Positions 20,390 to 27,422 of a stretch of 27,422 bases of DNA are shown here, one piece after another. The DNA lies in contig JALAGF010005488.1 in NCBI GenBank assembly GCA_030167865.1, positions 124,001-151,422 on the forward strand, written 5' to 3'. Below the pieces are notes generated by a model. It ran no database searches and was not told the origin of the DNA. It saw only the letters and a list, made by a program, of their open reading frames with translations. The stretch comes from Craspedostauros australis. Taxonomy: Eukaryota. A program made the translations under genes and the position numbers. Position 1 is the first letter of the stretch; each line of letters begins with the position of its first letter.

Positions 20390-23300
20390 ATGAGAGTCCT
20401 CTACTCTGCGTTGATGTTGCAGCTCGCTGCGGTTGCAGGAAAGGAGACCTCCAGTGGTCCTTCTAATCTCGACCGCCGTGATCCTGCTCTTGCCTCCGTT
20501 CCCAAGCCCAGCTCCGATCCAGCATCGGCCAAAGGTTCCATCCTGCCCCCCTTCCGTGAACTCTCTGCATCTTGCAGTGAGTACTGGGGAGGGTGTTACA
20601 AGAAGGAGCACTGCTGCGACGAGAGCCACGATTGCAGTATCCATCCTGACGGATACTACGCCTGCTTCCCCGAAGGCCAATACGAGGCCATCGTTCCCAT
20701 GCAAGGTTGCTGCGATGACACCGGTGACGGATCGTGCCCAATGTGGTGCAACGGCAAAGATGGCATCTGCCATCCAGAGTGCTTCTACAACCCCGCGGGA
20801 ACCGCAGGCTGCGGCGGAAAGGTCGTCGACTGGGCTCCATGCACCAAGACCGAAGAGTGCTGCGGCAATCTTGTTTGCAACAGCAACAAGCAGTGTCGTC
20901 CACCCCTTGGTGGTGCCAACAAGATGGGAGCAGGCGACTCCGCCAAGGACAAGCCTTCTGACCCTTCTTCGGATCCTGCCAAGAACTTCATCCCCCCAAC
21001 AACCGACTACGAGATCCAAGTCTGCGAACCCAACCTCCTCGATCTGGTTGGGCCAGTCAGCACTTCGGGTCTCCGCCCTCCCGTCATACCTTCCATCATG
21101 AGCATGAACCTTGATAGAGTCTACGGTGATTCAAAGCGTCCATACGTCATGGGCCGCGACAACAGCACCGCCTTCCTCGTCAAAGGTGACTATCTGTCGG
21201 AGAGAGCCGCCGAAATCGAAGGCCGCATCGTCGTTTTCGGAGACTTCACCATCAAGCCGGATGGTGTCAACTCTCTTGGACAGGCTGGAGTTGGATCGCT
21301 CATCGTCCCTCCCGCCGGAAGTGACTTCATGCTGGTTGGCGGAGATCTCAGGAATGAGAAATTCAACAACGCTGGAGTTTGGGTCATGGGCGGTGGCATC
21401 GCTGGTGGTGGTAACATCAAGTACAAGGGATCTTTCTCCATTGACAACGACGCCGAGTTCCACGGTCCTGGAGCGGCCATGCGCGACGAGGATATGGATC
21501 TGTCGTCTTACAATGACATGTTCAACGAGTTCGAAGCCCGGTCCATCTATTGGTCCAAACTCGAGGCGAACGGCATCTTTAACCCGCGCTCCAGGCACGG
21601 AGGAGCGTACGCAAGCTTGGTGGCAGGAGACGACGAATGCCTTCAAGTTTTCCACATCGACTCCGCAGATCTTGCATGGTCAACCGCCCACAACATCCGG
21701 ATGGACCGTAGCCTTGCTGGCAAGACCATCCTGATCAACGTCAAGTCCGACAATGGCATTGCCACCCTCTCCGGAATTGCCAAGCTCATTGACCCTTTCG
21801 GCTCAAGTTCGATCTTCGAATTCAGCGCATCTGTGGCCAAGAACATCTTGTGGAATTTTTACGACTCCTATGAAGTGAGGCTTGGAAACTACCAAGGGTC
21901 GAACGGAGAGTTTTGGGGCAGCATCTTGATCCCGTTCGGTGATCTGGTGATGACAATGCCTGGACAGAGCGGGCGTACCATCGTTGGCGGAAGCGTTCAC
22001 CACGACTTCAGTGGGAGTGAATTCCACAACTACCCATTCGACCCAACGTGCGATCTCCCGCTCCCATTGGACTGCGTCGATCAATCTTGCCCCATCTACA
22101 ACCTCCAAGATATCACCGATGCTTTCGAAGCTGGAACCTACGTCGATGATCAGTTCTACGTCGAGTACGGTGTGAAGATTCGCGCCATCTACGTGGGCGG
22201 AAAGGAGAATGCTCAGGCATTTACGCCGGTGAAAGACGACGAAGGAATGTTCACCAGAAATTCTCCCGATGGTGGCGCCGCGATGGTTTTCGACACCCTC
22301 AGACCATACGGAATCCACGAGGACTTCATCAGTGAACACTTTGTCTACGACCAGAGCCTTTGTTCCAACAGCCCAAAGGCTCCAGATGCAGGAGATGGCG
22401 AGCCTGGTCTTGGTGCCCCAAACAAGCAATGCGTCGGTGGAGGTCCAGGTGTTGGAAGTGGAGGCGTGCCGAAGTCCTCCTTTTCCAACTGCGAACCGCT
22501 GGGAAAGGCCCTGATCATCCAGCAGTCCGACAAGAGCTGTCCCGACGCTGCGGATCTCGGAGGTACGCTGAGCATGGAGTTCAAAGACTCTGTGAACGTC
22601 GGGATGATGGGATTCCTCGTTGGCAATGACAACCTGAAGAGTCCTTACGTCGTTCTGACAGCTTCATCTGGCGCAGTCCACAGGAGGGAGATGAAATCAC
22701 CAGGCGAGAACGGATACTACGAGATCAACTTGGTGGAGTTCGATATCGTCCAACTTGATGTCGTCTACAATGGACCCGGCGCGCTCACAAAACTCACCTG
22801 GACACCATTCAGTTGCGCATCCACAAACGACTATTTCAGCCAACCAACGACGCCGACTCCTCCAACAAACGTCCCAACATCAAGCCCCGCACCAACAGTT
22901 TGCGCAGACCCCTACAGCGCCATTCTCACCAAGAGCCAGGGAGAAAAGTTGCGCAAAGAGTCCCATCCGATCATCGTGACAGGAAGTGTCTCTGATGCAT
23001 CAAGTGTCACGTTCGAGTTTATCCAGGACATTCTCGACGATACAATCAACCGAGTCTTTGTGAGCTATCGCGACGACGAGACTGATGAGTTCGTCTGCGA
23101 TGAGCGCGAGCATACGGCTCCTGGAGAGGTGTCAACATACAAGGCCAAGTGCACCGGCGCTGTCGCCCGAGTCGCCCTATACGTGTACACAGGAAACGAC
23201 TTCTCAGAGGAGCAGTGCGAAATTTGCTCGGTTCCCGACGAGCCAAGCGAAGCCTTCAGAGCATACGAGTTTGAGATCCTTTGTGATAACGAGTGCGGCG

Positions 23301-26300
23301 AACCAACCGCGAGCCCCACAGCACAGCCAACCAGCGGGCCAACCAGCGGACCAACCAGCGGACCAACCAGCGGACCAACCAGCGGACCAACATCCGGTCC
23401 AACTTCGGGACCTACATCTGGACCAACAAGCGGGCCAACCTCGAGCCCAACTAGCGACCCAACATCTGGACCAACTTCTGGACCAACAAGTGGGCCAACA
23501 AGCGGGCCAACAAGCGGACCAACCTCGGGCCCAACTTCTGGACCAACAAGCGGTCCAACGAGCACGCCAACTTCCTCACCAACTCTTAGTGCAGCACCGA
23601 CAAACTGTGTCGATCCAGACGGTGCAAGTCTGATCGATTCTACAGACGCTGACTACGGTGCCGATCCACTTCCGATCGTTCTCATCTCCGAGAGCGACGA
23701 GGGAACAAGCATCGAGTTTGACTTCGTCCAGAACATCATGAATGAAGCTATTCCACGGGTGTTCATCAAGTACATTAATTTGGACACAGGTACAGACGAG
23801 TGCGCGGAGCTTCGAGATGTCAAAGTCGATGCTTCATATTCTTTCGCAGCGGAGTGCATTGAGAAGACGACGAGCGTCGTTATCTACATCTACACCGGTG
23901 ATGACTGGCCAGGGGAGGAATGCCAAGCTTGCTGCCTCCCAGATGAGGATGGCCAATCAGGAAATCCAGACAACTTCGAGGCATACTACTTCGAGCTTCC
24001 ATGTCAGACCGAGTGTGTCGATCCAACGTCTGCACCAACAAGGGGACCAACATCCGCACCAACTTCTGCACCAACCTCAGGGCCGACATCCGGACCAACC
24101 ATCAAGCCAACCTCCGCACCAACCACCAGCGCAGCACCAACCAACTGTGTTGATCCAAACGGAGCTGTCTTCAAGGACTCCACCGATTCTACTTACACTG
24201 CCGACCCACTTCCAATCGTGCTCACTTTCGAGAGCGACGATGGAACCAGTGTTGAGTTCGACTTTGTGCAGAACATCATCAACGGAGTCATTCCGCATGT
24301 CTTCATCAAGTACCGCAGCCAGGAAACTGGAACAGAGGATTGCGCCCAGTTCGACAACGTCGATAAGGGTGATTTTTCCTCCTTCGTGGCTGAATGTTTT
24401 GGAGGAGTGACAGGAGTTTCGATCTACATCTACACCGGTGATGACTTCTCGAGTGAGGGCTGCGAAGCTTGCAGCCTTCCAGAGGAGGACAACGAATCCG
24501 GAAATCCGGACGACTTCGGTGCATACTACTTTGAGCTTCCGTGCCAGACTGAGTGCGTGGATCCAACTGCGGCACCAACCTCAGCGCCGACTTCAGGACC
24601 GACTTCAGGACCAACCAGCGGACCAACCAGTGGACCAACTAGAGAGCCAACTAGCGGACCAACCTCTGGACCCACCGGCGGCCCAACGAGCGGACCAACA
24701 TCTGCACCAGCATCTGCACCAACTTCTGGACCAACCTCTGGCCCAACATCTGGACCAACTTCTGGACCTACCTCGGGCCCAACTTCGGGACCAACCAGCG
24801 GCCCAACTTCTGGACCAACCAGCGGACCAACATCCGGCCCAACCAGCGGACCAACCAGCGGACCAACCAGCGGACCAACATCTGGACCAACATCTGACCC
24901 AACTTCCGGCCCAACATCTGGACCAACCCCACAGCCAACATCCCAACCAACAGCCAGTGCTGCACCAACCAACTGCGTTGATCCAGATGGCGCCAAGCTC
25001 GTCGAATCCACCGATCCTTCCTACACTGCCGACCCCAAACCAATCATCCTCACATTCGAGAGCGATGATGCAACACTCGTTGAGTTCGACTTCGTTCAGA
25101 ACATCATCAATGGAGTCGTTCCACATGTCTTCATCAAGTACCGCAGTCAGGAAAGCGGAGACGAGGAATGTGCTGAATTTGATGATGTCGATGAGGGTGC
25201 TACGCTCCCACTGGCTGCCGATTGCTACGGCGGTGTCACCACCGTCACGATTTATACGTATATCGGCGACGACTTCTCGAGTGAGGACTGCGAAGCTTGC
25301 AGCCTTCCAGATGAGGATGGCCAATCAGGAAATCCAGACAATTTCAATGTATATCACTTCGAATTGCCATGTCAGACCGAGTGTGTCGATCCAACGTCTG
25401 CGCCAACCAGCAAACCAACGTCGACACCAACATCCGGCCCAATCAGCAAGCCAACCTCCGCACCAACCACCAGCGCAGCACCAACCAACTGTGTTGATCC
25501 AAATGGAGCCGTCTTCAAGGACTCCACCGATTCTACTTACACTGCCGACCCACTTCCAATCGTGCTCACTTTCGAGAGTGACGATGGAACCAGTGTTGAG
25601 TTCGACTTTGTGCAGAACATCATCAACGGAGTCATTCCGCATGTCTTCATCAAGTACCGCAGCCAGGAAACTGGAACAGAGGATTGCGCCCAGTTCGACA
25701 ACGTCGGCGCTGGTGTCACTTTCCCACTCGCGGCTGAGTGTTTCTCTGGCGTAACTGGAGTCGCCATCTACATCTACACAGGAGACAACTTCCCAAGTGA
25801 GGAGTGTGAAGCTTGCAGCATCCCGGATGGCGAAGGAGACTCTGGAAATCCGGACAACTTCGAGGCATACTACTTTGAGCTTCCATGTCAGACCGAGTGT
25901 ATCGATCCAACCGCAGCGCCAACTTTGGCACCAACCTCAGGGCCAACCNNNNNNNNNNNNNNNNNNNNNNNNNNNNNNNNNNNNNNNNNNNNNNNNNNCC
26001 AACATCTGGGCCAACCAGCGGCCCAACCTCTGGACCGACTTCTGGACCAACATCTGGACCGACCGGAGGACCAACATCGGCACCAACTTCTGCACCAACC
26101 TCAGGGCCGACATCCGGACCAACCAGCAACCCAACCTCCGCACCAACCACCAGCGCAGCACCAACCAACTGTGTTGATCCAAATGGAGCTGTCTTCAAGG
26201 ACTCCACCGATTCTACTTACACTGCCGACCCACTTCCAATCGTGCTCACTTTCGAGAGCGACGATGGGACCAGCGTGGAGTTCGACTTCGTACAGAACAT

Positions 26301-27422
26301 CATCAACGGAGTCATTCCGCATGTCTTCATCAAGTACCGCAACCAGGAAACTGGAACAGAGGATTGCGCCCAGTTCGACAACGTCGGCGCTGGTGTCACT
26401 TTCCCACTCGCGGCTGAGTGTTTCTCTGGCGTAACTGGAGTCGCCATCTACATCTACACAGGAGACAACTTCCCAAGTGAGGAGTGTGAAGCTTGCAGCA
26501 TCCCGGATGGCGAAGGAGACTCTGGAAATCCGGACAACTTCGAGGCATACTACTTTGAGCTTCCATGTCAGACCGAGTGTATCGATCCAACCGCAGCGCC
26601 AACTTTGGCACCAACCTCAGGGCCAACCAGCGGCCCAACCTTGGGACCAACCTCCGGACCGACATCTGGACCAACATCTGGACCAACATCTGGACCAACA
26701 TCTGGACCAACTTCCGGCCCTACCGGCGGACCAACATCCGGTCCAACATCTGGACCAACATCTGGACCAACCGGAGGACCAACATCCGCACCGACATCCG
26801 GGCCAACTGGAGGACCCACTTCTGGCCCAACAGGTGGCCCAACAGGTGGCCCAACTTCTGGACCAACATCTGCGCCAACCAGCGGTCCAACTTCCGGCCC
26901 AACATCCGGACCTACCAGCGGTCCAACAAGCGGACCAACTGGAGGACCGACTGGAAGCCCAACATCTGGACCAACATCTGGACCAACGAGTGGGCCAACA
27001 TCTGGGCCAACCAGCGGCCCAACCTCTGGACCGACTTCTGGACCAACATCTGGACCGACCGGAGGACCAACATCGGCACCAACTTCTGCACCAACCTCAG
27101 GGCCGACATCCGGACCAACCAGCAACCCAACCTCCGCACCAACCACCAGCGCAGCACCAACCAACTGTGTTGATCCAAATGGAGCTGTCTTCAAGGACTC
27201 CACCGATTCTACTTACACTGCCGACCCACTTCCAATCGTGCTCACTTTCGAGAGCGACGATGGGACCAGCGTGGAGTTCGACTTCGTACAGAACATCATC
27301 AACGGAGTCATTCCGCATGTCTTCATCAAGTACCGCAACCAGGAAACTGGAACAGAGGATTGCGCCCAGTTCGACAACGTCGGCGCTGGTGTCACTTTCC
27401 CACTCGCGGCTGAGTGTTTCTC
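20390..27422 (+). CDS. Giant secreted mucin-like adhesive (trailin-like) protein with a Choice-of-Anchor-A domain, PTSG repeats and tandem Cys-rich acidic modules; 3'-partial
   Basis: ATG at 20390 with signal peptide MRVLYSALMLQLAAVAG. Open frame with no evident introns to the N gap at 25949. The same module/linker sequence resumes after the gap in a shifted frame and stays open to the window end. The CAA-like region (~21161-22045) has AEIEGRIVVFGDF, TILINV, ILWNF, GSILIP and GRTIVGG...SEFHNYPF. Confidence 0.85.
22901..27422 (+). repeat. Intragenic tandem array: seven ~135-aa Cys-rich modules separated by 12-bp-unit (PTSG)n linkers
   Basis: Modules begin at about 22901, 23606, 24146, 24974, 25490, 26170 and 27166 (C-[VA]-D-P...PCQTEC). 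Linkers are built of ccaaccagcgga/ccaacatctgga variants. The last copies repeat with a 996-bp period (26161 vs 27157). Confidence 0.95.
25949..25998. other. Assembly gap (50 N) inside a PTSG linker
   Basis: Run of exactly 50 N flanked by PTSG-coding repeats. Confidence 0.99.

Noticed and set aside
25999..26434. Different C-terminus and stop at 26434 in the 2075-aa ORF, suggesting a pseudogene or programmed frameshift
   Set aside because: It results from the arbitrary 50-N gap. The true module frame continues open to the window end.
23300..27160. Repeat-spacer appearance suggesting a CRISPR array or satellite
   Set aside because: The units are in-frame coding repeats with synonymous variation. 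There are no unique spacers or cas genes, and the context is eukaryotic.
23065..27203. Minus-strand ORFs with GPDVGPLVGPEV repeats that look collagen-like
   Set aside because: They are the antisense mirror of PTSG codons. The period is 4, not Gly-X-Y, and they are confined to the linkers.

Overview
Eukaryotic nuclear DNA, most likely from a diatom (probably a raphid pennate). The evidence is GT-AG introns, 'xAF'-type bipartite plastid presequences, microsatellite-rich intergenic DNA and a CAA-domain mucin-like gene. Eight protein-coding genes can be built by hand: (1) a coiled-coil, single-TM protein of unknown function (-); (2) plastid/thylakoid-lumen HCF136/Ycf48 (-); (3) heme A synthase COX15 (-); (4) an intronless, fused aconitase X resembling bacterial cis-3-hydroxy-L-proline dehydratase (+); (5) a diverged paralogue of gene 1 with an intron at the same position (-); (6) a secretory-pathway 2OG-Fe(II) oxygenase with ankyrin repeats (+); (7) a plastid-targeted stand-alone Lon N-terminal-domain protein (-); (8) a giant (>2300 aa, runs off the window) secreted, trailin-like adhesive protein (+). 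Gene 8 has knottin-like Cys modules, a Choice-of-Anchor-A domain, a second globular domain, and PTSG tracts alternating with acidic 7-Cys modules. A 50-N assembly gap causes a spurious frameshift in gene 8. The most intriguing lead, which is speculative, is the co-location of a Pro-rich secreted protein, a secretory hydroxylase-type enzyme and a hydroxyproline dehydratase-type enzyme. All family calls come from motif recognition; no searches were run.
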